A DNA stretch of 64,000 nt from Neoconidiobolus thromboides FSU 785 (Eukaryota > Fungi > Entomophthoromycota). A program made the position numbers and the translations under genes. Below the pieces are notes generated by a model. The model worked only from the letters and a program-made list of their open reading frames with translations. It had not been told where the DNA came from and did no database searches. The stretch spans positions 1 through 64,000 of the forward strand of contig MU626368.1 of NCBI GenBank assembly GCA_025603075.1. Reading direction: 5' to 3'. This document shows positions 50,988 through 64,000 of this stretch, in pieces (within the stretch, counting starts at the first letter, position 1; every line of letters starts with the position of its first letter).

Positions 50988-53900
50988 TTAGTCTAATATT
51001 ATTATCGTTGGATTTGTATTGTTACTTTCATTTTTTTCTTTCTTCATTTTTTCCTTCTTTCTTCTTTTATTAGTTTCTCGAATACTATCATCACTATCTT
51101 TTATACTATCATCTTTATCATCTTTATCATTCTTACTATTTTTGTCTTTATCTTTATCCTGATTTTTATCGTTACAGTCATTATCTTTCTTATCCTCCTG
51201 TACATCTTCATTTGGTTCCATTTTAAACCTTAATTCTGGTAATAAATCAACAATTTCCATTCTTATTTTATTAACTTCCAACTCATTTTGTTTACTTTCC
51301 CTTTCATTAAGAATCTTAACAAACTCATTACATTTTTTAAAGAATACTAATAAAAAATTAAATTAAATTAAATTGAATATAAAACTATTAATATTAATAT
51401 TATCACTTACCATCCTCTCCTTTTTTAATTTCGCAATTAAAAGGTCTACATTTTAACCTTCTAATTAGTAATATCATTATAATTAATAAATTATTCCTAT
51501 TATCACTAGATAGTTCTATTTTGATTTGATTAAAATCAATTAATTCAATTCTCAAATTAAATTGAAAATATAATTGATTATTGTTATCATCATTATTTGG
51601 TAAATAAAAATTCAGTTGAATGGAATCTAAATTACTATTATAAAATAATTAAATTAAGTTAATATTGATATTTTAAATAAACAATTGATAACTTACACTT
51701 CACTTCCACTAATTAAATTGAAATCATAATCCTCATCATTAAATAATAACAAAGCTAGAAACTGTTTTAAATTTAACTTTATAACTTTGAAATCTAATAA
51801 ACTTAAACTAATTAATTTTAGCCTTTCTTTTTCTTCTATTTTTTTTTGAAGCTTCAACTGCTCATTTGTTATATATTTCACCAAACTCTTTATTTCATTT
51901 TTATTAGGTAATAATTGAGATTGATTATAATAATTTCCATATCCTATTACCTCTTTTTTATTGATCATAATAAAATTTAATAAATCAATATTGATTTTTG
52001 CTATTAAGAAATCATTTATTATATTAATTAAACTATTATCATTTTTCAATTCAATTTCAATTTCTTTTTTTTCTTCTTTCTTATTTAAACAATAATAAAA
52101 TCCAATATTGAATTCCAAACATAGAATTTGTTGAGCTTGAATATTAAACAAAACTTCAATTTTTTTTCCATTAGTAAGTTCATTATCAATATGATATATT
52201 TTCGTTTCAATTGGTATTAAATTATCCTCCGTCGTTGCTAAAAAGGGTAACTTTGGCCTACAACTGATATAAACTAAACATAAAAATAAGAATTAACGCT
52301 ATAAATTAATGAATATTGAATGAAAAATCATAACTTACGTTTCCATCCCAACGGTATGTTAATGCTAATATTGCAGATTAATTGAATTTTAACATTCAAT
52401 TCTTGTTGAAAATTTGCTTCATTAATTAATGGTTCAACCAATACTTGAAAATTACTATTATTATTACTATTATTATTACTATTATTATAAATCATATAAC
52501 AGAATTCTATTGATTGTCTAATATCATTTAAATAATTATTAATAGCTTTTTCTTCAATTCCAATTTTTTCCTTTTCTTCATATTCCTGTTGATATTTTTG
52601 TACTATTTTATTTATATCTTTTTCATTGTTGGTATTGTTATTTAATATCCTATTATTGTCTTTAAGATTGCACTCTCTTTCAATTAATTTTCCATTTTGA
52701 CAAATAAATTTGATTAAATTAATATTTCTTTTTAACTCCTTATTAATAGGAACTACCAATTGAGCAATAGTGTTGCAATAGTCTATATGAAATATTCGTT
52801 AATCAATATATTACACTAAAAAGTCCTTAAAAGCTTACCATTGTAAACCAACAACTTTTCAAGTGTCCTTAAATCCACTAAATAGATACAATTAAAATTA
52901 CTCAATATAATTAATTTTGTATTTTCCATAATAAAATAATGACTTTGAATTTCCTCTTCTTTATTATTTAATGAGTTCCATTGTTTTTGAATTTGACATT
53001 TACGTTTTAAATTATAATTAATCTCTAATTCAATTAAATTACCCATTTTTTCAATTAATAACAATTGAATATTATCTTTTAATTGATTATACTTTAAGTG
53101 AAAATTTATTATTGAATTCTATTGTATCATTAGTATTTTTATCAACGTTTTTATTTTACTATTGAACTATTAAGATTACCTTAAACGTGTATACTCTTTC
53201 TTGTTTATACAAATCCCATTTCATATTTTTATATTCAATACTAAACATAGCCAAAGTACCGAAAGTAGTAGTAACTAATAGAAAGTATTCTATAAAACTA
53301 AAACTCAATTAATTTTCATTAAAAAAAGTAATCCAAATAGGTTACCTATTCTTATCAAAATTCAAATAATTAAATAGCTCCTTATTATCCTTATCAATAA
53401 TCAAAATTTTATTAATCTTTTGAAATCGATTATGAAATTGTAATTTTAAATTTATCAAATGTTCTCCTTCTTTCTTCTGAAATTCATAGATCTCGATTTG
53501 CTCATTAAAACAAAATATCACTATCTGTCGATAACATTTAATCTTTTGAATATCCGACTATTAAAAATAAATAAATCTCAATCAAATCAAAACATAGAAA
53601 TAAAATTTACTTTCATAAACAAAAAATATTTCGTCTTAGAATCAATTTCCATCTCTTGTTTATTTTCTGAAATAACTCCTTCCAAATCTATAAAATAGAC
53701 CTCTTGATTCTCCAAATAAATCCATAACCCAAGATTCTGTTCATCAACTTTCATCGCTATTATTTTCATTTCAAATCTTAATGTAACCTTTTTATTTTTA
53801 TTAATCAATAAGTAAATTCGATCATATTCTTTAATCACAATAATTTGATCTTCTAATAAAATATCAGTTGATTGTATGATTTTTTCTTTTTACAATGGTT

Positions 53901-54270
53901 GATTTCTTTGATATTATTTCGATTAAAAAAATAATTTAAATTACTTACTTTTCACAATCAATTCCAAACTATTCATATTCGCAATATCTTTAAGTCCATT
54001 TTGAATCGAATACCAATGTACTAGTTGATTCCTTTGCTTCATTCTAGTTAATATAATAAAAGTGGAACATTTATTATGTTGTTTATTTTACTTAAAATCT
54101 AATTTAACTAAGCTCTTGTGATTGGGTAACGATTTAAAAAGTTACTTTATTTTGATGCTGTAATATTTGAAATTTTCCAACTGAATCCCTATAAAAAAGG
54201 AATAGTACTAAAAATTACAAACAAATTTTATATTTATGCTTATATTTAGATTCCAATTTTAAAACTCATT
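50988..54270 (-). CDS. Large AT-rich multi-exon hypothetical protein with a D/K-rich low-complexity C-terminus (5' end unresolved)
   Basis: Successive minus-strand ORF segments with GT-AG boundaries; the N-terminal part has short beta-rich segments; no family recognised. Confidence 0.5.
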
Positions 54271-54685
54271 TATATCGCGCATCTTTTCTTTTTCTTTTGA
54301 TATACTACTTTTGCTTTATAAAACTTGGACTTAGTATTCTCAAATGATTATTGATGTAAGATAATCGGACCAAAAAGGTTAATCTAGAGATAATTAATAT
54401 CATTAAAGCGAGAAATTTAAGCTCTATTGCATAGATAGGGTTACTTAGTTACTATTCAATTCTTAAAACAACTTGAGTACAAAAGCCATCTATTTAATTA
54501 AGCTGGAAATTGTTAATTGTTCAATCTATCTTAGCATGTAATGGATTTATAAATGTTACAGATTATGTTTGTAATAATTCTTAATAAAATACTAAAAATG
54601 TCTTCATTTGTTTTATCTTAATTTTATTTTAAATAATATCAAATTTTAATTCTGCTAATAAATATACAATATAGCCTTTATAAAT

Positions 54686-55084
54686 TTAAATATCTTGGGA
54701 AGATTCATCTTTCTTTCCTTTTTTAGTACCTGGAAGGAGGACACCATGGATATTTGGTAATACACCACCTTGGGCAATAGTAACATGACCAAGTAATTTA
54801 TTTAACTCTTCATCATTACGAATGGCAAGTTGAAGATGACGAGGAGTAATACGAGTTTTTTTGTTATCTCTGCAAGCATTACCAGCTAATTCAAGAATTT
54901 CAGCAGTTAAATATTCTAACACAGAGGCAAGGTAAACGGGAGCACCAGCAGCAATACGTTGAGCATAGTTACCATTTTTTAAATGACGATGGAGACGACC
55001 AACTGGAAATTGTAATCCAGCTTTAGCAGAACGAGAACGTCCAGTTACTTCGGCAGTTTGTGATGCTTTTCCTTTTCCTGACAT
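54686..55084 (-). CDS. HTA1: Histone H2A with C-terminal SQ motif, intronless
   Basis: [58 protein letters not shown]; ends SQDI. Confidence 0.97.
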   Translation of the reverse strand: MSGKGKASQTAEVTGRSRSAKAGLQFPVGRLHRHLKNGNYAQRIAAGAPVYLASVLEYLTAEILELAGNACRDNKKTRITPRHLQLAIRNDEELNKLLGHVTIAQGGVLPNIHGVLLPGTKKGKKDESSQDI

Positions 55085-55256
55085 TTTGTAGTTTAAGTTT
55101 GTTAATTAAAAGTTAAGTTGATGTAGATTTTTAAAAATAATTGATACCAGTCAATTGTTGGCTTTTTTATACTTTTTTTGAACGTTTAATCACTATCAAA
55201 TTAAAATTCAAATTGAGATTGAGATTGAAATACTTCAATTTTGGAATCGAAATTAG

Positions 55257-55358
55257 CCAATTAAACGCTAAGATTGAAAACGCGTATTCAAAATTTCAAT
55301 TCAAAATTCAAGGTGTTAGAATTCAAACGTCAAGCTTCTTTTTATTGGTTAAACCAAT
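55257..55358. promoter_or_regulatory. H2A promoter: MCB element ACGCGT (55280-55285) flanked by CCAAT boxes
   Basis: Exact MCB hexamer 196 bp upstream of the H2A ATG, plus GCCAAT and ATTGG/CCAAT sites. Confidence 0.45.
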
Positions 55359-56015
55359 TTTAAATTTTAGAATTTGAAGCAATTTTATTTTCTGTGAATT
55401 AAGCCTCAATATTCAGTTAAACTGGATTTCTAATTCGAAATAAAAGACACTCTTTGCATGAAACAATAAGAACACATTATAGCAATAATCTAATTACAAC
55501 TTTTATTTCAGACTTAGTTATACAGTTAAAATAACCAATTTATATATCGAATTTCAATATTTACTAAGTGTTGAATCGATTATTACTCCATGGTCGAAAG
55601 CTATTATATTACTAAACAATAGAAGATTTCTTTTTCTACACTATAATTAGACATTTATAGCCTTATAAGCTGGATAACTATTACTACTTTGGATTAGTAT
55701 CAGTAGGGTAATTTTACTAATATTTGCTTCAATAACATCAATTCATAACAATACACGGCATAAGTAAGTTCAAAAACATTAAGAATAATAAAAATTGATT
55801 TGTTAGTTTGGTTTATATTTTGACTTTTGAATTTTTTTAAAAGAGTTTGTTTTTTGTATTTAATTGTTTATCCACTTTTAGACAAAGCAAAGCATGAAAA
55901 ATATGAAGATCTATCTAAAACTAAGACTGTCAATAATACTTATTAAATTATACATCTTTTTTATTAAAGTAAAATAATCATCTATAAAAAAACAGAATAA
56001 ATAACATATGAAAAT

Positions 56016-56851
56016 CTATAATTTATCCGGTTTTAAAAGGGAACCATTAACGGTAAGTACTTCATTAGTTGTTTGCAATCTAAAAAATCAATATTAAACT
56101 CAATATTAAATCGATTTCTCAAATGCTCTTACTCTTTAACATAAAACTCAATACTTTTCTTAGCAGAAAGCGGTTTATTATTACTAACTTCTACCCATTC
56201 TCCACTTGAATAATCTCCAGTTTGAGTTTTCCAAAGATACAAATCTTTTGGTATTTCTGAAGCTGGAATCGAAGCATTAAAAGTATTATGTAATATTAAG
56301 CCAATATGATCAGCTGATTGCATAGTTATTGTACCCACTGTATAAAGGAAAAATTGATAAATTAACTTTGAATTGAATTGAGTTTTTAAGATTATTTAAG
56401 AATTTACCTAATTTACTTCCTTGTTTGGGTCGCCATACTAATAATTTGGTGGTTATCCAAAAATTAATAAATGGTAGATCATAATGAATTTTTCCTTTAG
56501 TTTCGACCAATTTTGTATCCGAATGTGCTAGTATAATACCATCTAATTGACTCATATATCTAATAAATAAAATTAATTATTATTGCTATCGATAACAAAT
56601 TTCCATAAAAATCCTTAACATCAATTTAAAATTATATAAACTTACTTCAGGATAAAAGTATTTAAAAATTCGTTAATACCAACCGAAATATCATTTGAAT
56701 ATTGAGGGGATAAAGAAAGATAGCATTTAATTTTAACATTGAAAAATTCCCCACTTAATGGTTCTTTCTTTACAACTATAACCTTTTCCTTTCCTTCTTT
56801 AGTTTTCTTCTCTTTCTTTTTAATTGTTTTTTCTTTCTTGACCTTTCCCAT
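56016..56851 (-). CDS. RPA43: RNA polymerase I subunit A43, multi-exon
   Basis: YLSLSPQY, YMSQLDGIILAHSD, PFINFWITTKLLVWRPKQG, MQSADHIGLILHNTFNASI. Confidence 0.8.
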
Positions 56852-57183
56852 CTTAGTTATATTTTTGTTAGTAAAAAAATAATGATTTTATTGTTACCAT
56901 TAAAAATAATTTTTTATTCAATTAATTCAATTTATTATGGGACAAATATCTACCAATCCTAATCCAAATTTAGATTACTAAATTAAGTTGATTTTTTAAA
57001 AAGTCACGGAATTTGAATATAAAAAGGTAAATTAAAAAATTAAAAATCAAAAAAACCAAAAGATAAATAATGAGATAATCTGTATAATTTTATTTTAAAA
57101 AATTATATAGTTCTATAAAATATATGATAAAATAGCATCGCAAATTTAAAATCTTTTTATAAAATAAAAATAAAACAATATTA

Positions 57184-58623
57184 TTAATTATTTGACTCAT
57201 AAAATCCTAATTGTTCTGGTTTCAATTCTAAACTAGGTCCAAGATAATTATAATTATAAGTTTGTTCATGTAAATACCAAATAAACTGATGTTTCAAGAT
57301 TGGCATATTATCTTTTGAATAGAGAGTAATATTGGCTTCAATATTATAACTTCTCATGTTATTCACTTCAAACTTTAAACTACCTTGTAATGATTGACCT
57401 ATATTCACTGCAATTGGTTCTTTTAATAATAATCTTAATTGTTGCCAATGAGTACGTTCACTATGTGGTGAAGTGCTCATTGTAAAATTATTACCATTTT
57501 CAACATTAAAATGTAAATCAAACCAAGAAGCGATGCCATGAATAATACCAGTATATTCAAATTTCCAATGAATAGGTATTTCAAACTGTTTTAATTGTTC
57601 CATTGTAATTGTTGTAAAATCCATCGGATAACCTTCCATGGGTAGTAATAATAAACATTGGGGATCAAAATATCCTATTACTGGCATTGAAAATTGTTCA
57701 TCAACTGCATCTTGTTTTAAAGGTGTTAAATCTACCCCGTAAAAGTCACTTTGTTCCCAAAATCTTGTTTTTAATTTAGTATCACCCCATAAATTCGTAT
57801 CTGTAAATGGTGCTAAATAAAGGGAAGCTTGGGAAGGTACCATTGTACCACCAGGCTTTAAAAAATTATCTAATATTTAATTAATATTGAATAAGATAAC
57901 TGTCTTATTTATTAATTTACCTCTAGCATATAAAAAGGATTCAACCTATAATTAAAATATATAATAAATTATTACTTTAACTATTATTAATTCATATTTA
58001 CCATTCTTTCATGTACAATAAATACACCAATAGGTTCAGAAATAATTGTATCAATACAATTTGGAGGTAATTCTACTTCTTCAATTTTACTATTAATAAC
58101 TTTAATATTACCATCTAACCAATTATTTTTAGCTTCAATTCCATGTTGTTGACTAGCACTATAAATCATCTTTTGTAATTTTAATGCCATATTACTAGCT
58201 TCAACAGCAATAACTTTGGCTCCTGCTTTTACAGCAAAATAAGACAAGATACCTGAACCTAACAATTGGTTATCGGAATTAACAAGTTGAAATTTTACAT
58301 GTTGATTTGCAAAAGTTACCTGCTCCTACGTCCATCACTGTTTTATTTAAATAAATTTGCGGATTTTGTAAAATTGCTTTTTGATAAGTGGAGGTGCGCA
58401 CCATATCTTGTAACATATTTTGCTATTTTATTTGTCCATTAATTTATTAATTCATAATTAATTGATTTTTTTAATTACCTGATGCGTTAATAAAGAATAA
58501 TAATGGAAGTAAGTAGCATCTCTCTGTCTCTCTTGATCTTTCTATTTCACTCATTAAATATCAATTCCTATATATTTATCTATTATTACTTACTTTTTTG
58601 GTTTCAAGTTCATTGTTATTCAT
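57184..58623 (-). CDS. CARM1: Type I protein arginine methyltransferase, CARM1/PRMT4-like, multi-exon
   Basis: [49 protein letters not shown]...[30 protein letters not shown]. Confidence 0.85.
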
Positions 58624-59178
58624 CTTGTAATATTAAATTAGTGATTCAATTTGAAGTATTATTTTGATATTTTTTGCTTATTTAAGCTAATTGTTATTAA
58701 TTCCCATAAATTGAATTCCGTTTTTTTGCTATGAAGTTCCGTTTGATTTGTTAAAAGTTAAATTATGTGCTAGTTTTCGTAGATAGTAATCATAGCATGA
58801 TGACTATATAAAAATCAACACATTATTAGCTGTAATAATGTATTTTCATTTATTTTATTAGATAAAATTTATTTGAACTTAATAAATACTTTTTTAATAT
58901 ATGACATTATCTTTTTTATTTCTGTCATTATTTAAAGTTTATAAATACTTTTTAAAAATTATAAATAGACATCAACAATTCTTTAGTTTACTTAATCCAT
59001 TTAGCTTTTTAAAACTCTATTGGTCCAAAAATCCCCCTAAATCAATACTATATTTAATAAAAAAGTGAAACAAAATTCTTTGAGAAAACCATTAAGTTAA
59101 CCTTTTATTACAATCCACCATACTCCACTAACAAAAAACGTCGCATTGATTATATATAAAAAAAACAGGCCACGCTCC

Positions 59179-60706
59179 ATGTCAGCAAAAAAAACAAATG
59201 GCTATAATTATCTAGCAGAGGATGATACAAGTATTGGAATGAGTCAATTTGATGTACCTTCTAATCCACAATCACCAAGCTTAAATAGGCCGAAAATATA
59301 CTCTAATTTATCTGCATCAAAGCTTGAGAATACACTTCGTACATCACCTAATAAAAACAATCGAGTGATAGATATAGAAGAAGAAAATGAAATTGTAGCT
59401 GAAATGGAAGATGGTAATTTTGGCTATCATCATACCCATTCCCACTTATCAACGGTAAATTTTTATGATCAAACATAATTAAAAATAACCAAAAAAGTAG
59501 AATACATGGAAAAGAGATCTATATCTAATTATGGAAGATCCATCTTCAAGTAATTTGGCTTTAATTTTTAATTTATCGCTGGCTGCTCTCATTATCTTTT
59601 CTGTTTTATTAACAACAATTGAAACTATTCCTTCGATTAGAGAATTGAAATGGTCTATTTGGTAAGCTATGCCTTTTTGTTTAGTAGTACGAAGGTTTCT
59701 AATATTATTTAGGTTTGTTTTGGAATTATTAGTGATGTTATTATTCACTATAGAATTAGCTTTAAGAGTAGTAGCTCATTCACATACAACTAAACAACTA
59801 TTAGAGTTTCTTATATCCCCATTGACCATTTTAGATTTTTTCTCTATTATACCTTATTATGTTATGTTGTTAATTTCACAAGATACTTCTGTTGAGTTTC
59901 GATTTACTATATTACGAGTATTTCGTTTATTTCGTTTATTCAGAGCATATAAATACTCCAATTTACTTCAATTAAGTATCGAAGTAATGTTAATAGCCGT
60001 TAAAAAATCTGTGGATGCATTAGCTGCATTATTGTTTTTTATGTTAATTACCATTGTACTATTTTCTACCTTTTTATATTTTGCAGAAAGAGGGTCATGG
60101 AGTGATGAACGTAAAACTTTTTTAACTTCTCACGGGGTGCCCAGTGCTTTTGATTCTATACCAGCAGCGTTCTGGTTTGTTATCGTGACCATTACAACCA
60201 CTGGTTATGGAGATATTGTACCATCTACTTTTCTAGGTAAAGTGATTGCATTTCCATTGATGATGCTAGGTATTTTATTAATTGCCTTACCTTCTGTTAT
60301 TGTTGGTCGAAATTTTACTGTAGTTTGGGATGTATTAAAAAGAAGAAAAATTGATATGCTACAATTTTCTCAAGAACAACCAAACCAAAGTTTAACGGAA
60401 ATGGTAGAAGATATTGAAATTGAGTTAGCTGGAGAATTACATGTTAACAGCGATGGTCAAGTGGTTAATTCTACTAAGAATATGGATAAAGAAATGGAAA
60501 TCATTACTAATCAAATACAATCTCTATTATTGAATCAAGATAAACTTCACAATGAAATTCAACAATTGCAAAATATTTGTTTAGATAATTCTCAACAAAT
60601 TAGTCAACTTATAAGCTTACTTAGTAAGAATAATACTAATAATAGTGAATACGATTCTAATAATAATAACAATGAATATGATTCTAATAGTATAAAGATA
60701 GAATAA
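59179..60706 (+). CDS. Voltage-gated (Kv/Shaker-like) 6TM potassium channel; exons 59179-59454, 59501-59661, 59713-60706, 476 aa
   Basis: EDPSSS before S1, S4 LRVFRLFRLFRAYK, pore SIPAAFWFVIVTITTTGYGDIVP, S6 LIALP, C-terminal coiled coil. Confidence 0.92.
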
Positions 60707-60891
60707 GGTTGATATTCATTATTTTAATCTAATAAAGTTGTTTTCTAACCGTATTTAACCGATCTATTTTAAAATTAAAATATAAATACATTGAATAGAT
60801 AGTAAAACAAAATAATGGCATTATATATCATATTTTAATAGAGTTCAAAAATAAATAATGCATTAAAATAATACTAGTCAAATTCTATTAT

Positions 60892-62269
60892 TCACTTGGT
60901 TTACTTCTTGGAAGAAGTTCTAGTTTTTTACGTACTCCTCCACTGGATGATCCAAACCTATTATCATCTATTTTTTAAAGTTAATAGTGTACAACAATAA
61001 TAATTTATTAAATTTACCTCCTTTTGGTTGTGAATTACGATTATTAGAGAAAACATTAGTTTTGTTAGCTAATATATATTAATTACAATCATCTAAACTT
61101 AAATTTAGTTACCTGAGCCTCCACTACGCCAGTCAGAGACACCATCAGCAAAGGAAGACGGAGCAGCAGCACGGGGTTCACGTTCACGAGGTTCAAATCG
61201 ACGATCTGAGTTTTCGCGTGGCTCAAATCGGCGATTACTAAATCCTGAATTTCTTGGTGAAGATGACTCAGCTGGCCCATCTCTACGCCAGAAGTTGGCA
61301 GTTTCAGATGCTTTGGGAGCTTCAGTTACAACTGGATTATCACGTCTCCATGGGTCATTTCTTTCACTTGGTGCTCTTTCTTTTTCTATTTTATTCTTTA
61401 ATTAAATGTTATTTGCTAATAGTTCAATTGTCTTACGTTCAGCTACATTAATAAAAACAGAACGTCCATGTAATTCCTATTTATTGTTATATTATTGTTA
61501 TTATTATTATTGTTATATATTACTTTATCGGTCAAATCGATAGCTTTAGATAATGATTCTACATCTTCAAATTCAACATAAGCGAAACCACGTGGTTTTT
61601 GATTTTCATGATTGATAGGAATGCGTACACTTAATACCTTTAAAATAGTTAATTTACTAAATGATTAATAATGCTCTTTTTACTTTTGAATCAGCGAAAA
61701 AATCTCTTAAATCTTGTTCAGTTAAACTGTAAGATAAGTTAGCAACATAAGCAATATAAGGTGCGCTTGTTGGTAACTCTACTGGGCCTTCACGTCTATT
61801 TCTTGGAGCTGATTCATACTCTTTTCTTGGACGATCTATTTTATTTTAGTTTTCCTTATTTTACATTTGAAATTAGTTTACCGCTAAAACGGTTTGAAGC
61901 TCCACGAGGACCACTTGGTAATGAATCTCCTTTTAAAATATTAATTTAATACTACAATTAAAGAGTTGGAATAAATTATACTGTCAACGGCGGCAGAGGC
62001 AGCTATAGAATTATAAATAAGCATGATTACATATTAAATAAAAACAAAAATTACGAGCAGTAGGAAGATCCATCATCTCATCTGCCCAGGAGCCAGGAGC
62101 CTCTTCAGGTCCTATAAATTAATTTAAATATTTATTTTTGACATCTTTGAATTGTTTCTACCTCCTGCGCTTAAGAAGTCATTTAATGACATTTTTTGTC
62201 CTCCCTTTTTCTTGCCTATAATAGAATTTAAAAAGCTATTCACTTTATAATAATTGGTCATTTACCCAT
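60892..62269 (-). CDS. TIF3: Translation initiation factor eIF4B (RRM protein), multi-exon
   Basis: MGKKKGGQKMSLNDFL, SWADEMD, RRM APYIAYVANL...KPRGFAYVEF, R/D/E-rich repeats, RKKLELLPRS. Confidence 0.85.
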
Positions 62270-62964
62270 GATTTTTTAATTTATTAAAAACTTTTTTAAA
62301 ATTCCTAAAATTGTTAAAATTAGTATGTGTACAAATACTAGATGCTAAGTATTGGACTCTTCTTTATTAAATAGTTAAATTTAAGCTAATAGTCACCTTT
62401 ATGAATCTACTTCAAATACTAAAGTTGTAAAAAAGTCCAAGTTTAAATTTTCGAATTAAATTTTTTATCACCTGAAAGCTACCAATTAAAACATTAATTT
62501 ATAGTTGGTATCAAATCAGTTGAAGGAGTAAGAAATATCATTACAAACATAGTAAACACTAGAAATGTTATATATAAAGACACCAAAAGTTATATAAATA
62601 AAATATTTTTATTTAACACGTATAAACTAAAGCCTATTACATGATGGATGAGTAAAAACTATATGACTTTTATTTTGATTCCTTTCCCTAGTAAAGTATA
62701 AAGCTGCGCTTTTATTCTGATTCAGTTTTCAAGTTTTTTAGAATATAACTTTGTAGAACTTAAACAGTATACTATTTTTTAAACTAAGCATCCTGTATGT
62801 ACTTTGATAATTATATATTCGGTTAAGTATCGACATATAATTAATGATAGAAAAATTACTATAAACTATTTAAATAAATATCCAAATTACAAATAATAAT
62901 AAAAGTAAAAGCAAACGTTGAAATTTATTTTAACAGCTATTAGTTATTGAATAATTTAAAAAGT

Positions 62965-63598
62965 TTAATTCATTGTTTGTCCAATCTGTTCAATCAAATT
63001 AGTAAACTGCTTTGTAACGATGAGCTGACCATTTTGGTTGGAAATGTCATTTTGAAACGAATAAAATGGGTTACAAACCAATATTATATATGCTGCATGA
63101 ATTTGCTTAAATAACTAGAAACAAACATCAGCCTTGATTTGACCTTAAATTATATTATTTACCATTTTCATTTCAACATCTTTTATAACATCATCTGTTA
63201 ACTCAAGCACCGCTATAAACTTGATTTTACTATTGGTTATATAGCCATATCTAATTTACTGATTTAATAATTTCTTTATATTATATTATAATCTATTACA
63301 CTACAAACTCTTCAACAATATGCAACAATCCAAAATATTGACCTTGTCCTTTATTATTTGCTAAAGCTAATAAAATTAATAACTCTTATTAAAATAAATC
63401 TTAAATTTACCTTTATCATTAAATAGATCACAAGAGGTATGAGCTAAATAATGGAACTTGATATCGTCATAATATTCCGGTATAAAATTTTTAATATACA
63501 ATGGGTTGTTCTTGAATTTTTATTAAGTTTTGGTATCTATTACGATTGCTATGTATTACTTGTTTTCCTATTATTGCAATGCAACATAATTTTGGCAT
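62965..63598 (-). CDS. TCA17: TRAPP complex subunit TRAPPC2L/Tca17 (sedlin-like), multi-exon (not in the ORF track)
   Basis: MPKLCCIAIIGKQ|NNPLYI, YFGLL, YGYITNSKIKF, KQIHAAYIILVCNPFY. Confidence 0.85.
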
Positions 63599-64000
63599 TT
63601 TTAATCAAAAAATAAAGCTTCAATTTATTTTAATTTTAATTTTAATTTTTAGCAAATTTTCATCATCATTTTAAACTTTAAGAATGTGTAATAGACATCA
63701 AATATATTAATAAAAATAATTTTGAAAATATAGCTAGTAGCTTACAACTATTAATAGGATTTATTTAATTTTATAAGAATGAAATACTCTTACGATAGTA
63801 TAAATCAGATTTAAATATATTCATATCTACTTCATTTTTAATTTAACAATAACTATTTAATTTCAAACTCATGAACTTATAAATAACCATTTAGTGAAAT
63901 ATTGATCTTTTTATTTAATGTTAGTTCTGTACTTTTAATTTTCAATCTTGGCTAAGATTTCGGAATCTTTGAATAAAAGATATTCCTAAAAAGAGTTAGC

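Noticed and set aside
54640-54685. Metazoan-type histone 3' stem-loop after the H2A stop (aaaggctat...)
   Set aside because: The GGCTAT arm has no complementary partner, so no 6-bp stem with a 4-nt loop can form.

Overview
AT-rich eukaryotic genomic DNA with many short GT-AG introns (about 45-75 nt). Gene content is fungal: fused HisH-HisF His7, Ste18-type G-gamma, Ams1 and proteinase-K subtilisins. CARM1 and a Kv-type channel point to an early-diverging (non-Dikarya) lineage; a Conidiobolus-like entomophthoralean is plausible but is inference only. 1-9.3 kb is an island of secreted hydrolases: three subtilisin paralogs (one cut by the window edge), a phage-type GH24 lysozyme, and a GH18 chitinase with one in-frame TGA at a probable Trp. 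10-19.4 kb and 32-64 kb are mostly compact housekeeping genes (HIS7, G-gamma, PEF1, NDUFA12, SCAMP, ENT, HEM14, DUF1349, G6P 1-epimerase, SRAP/HMCES, PP1, COQ11-like, AAA ATPase, H2A, RPA43, CARM1, Kv channel, eIF4B, TRAPPC2L) plus several orphans. 19.4-31.6 kb is gene-poor: AMS1, a small micro-exon gene and decayed-ORF relics. A roughly 90-100 bp TIR-bounded MITE-like repeat occurs six times, all in the first 31 kb. I recognised no tRNA, rRNA, snRNA or CRISPR. Exon models were derived by eye, and family assignments rest on recalled motifs, not database searches.
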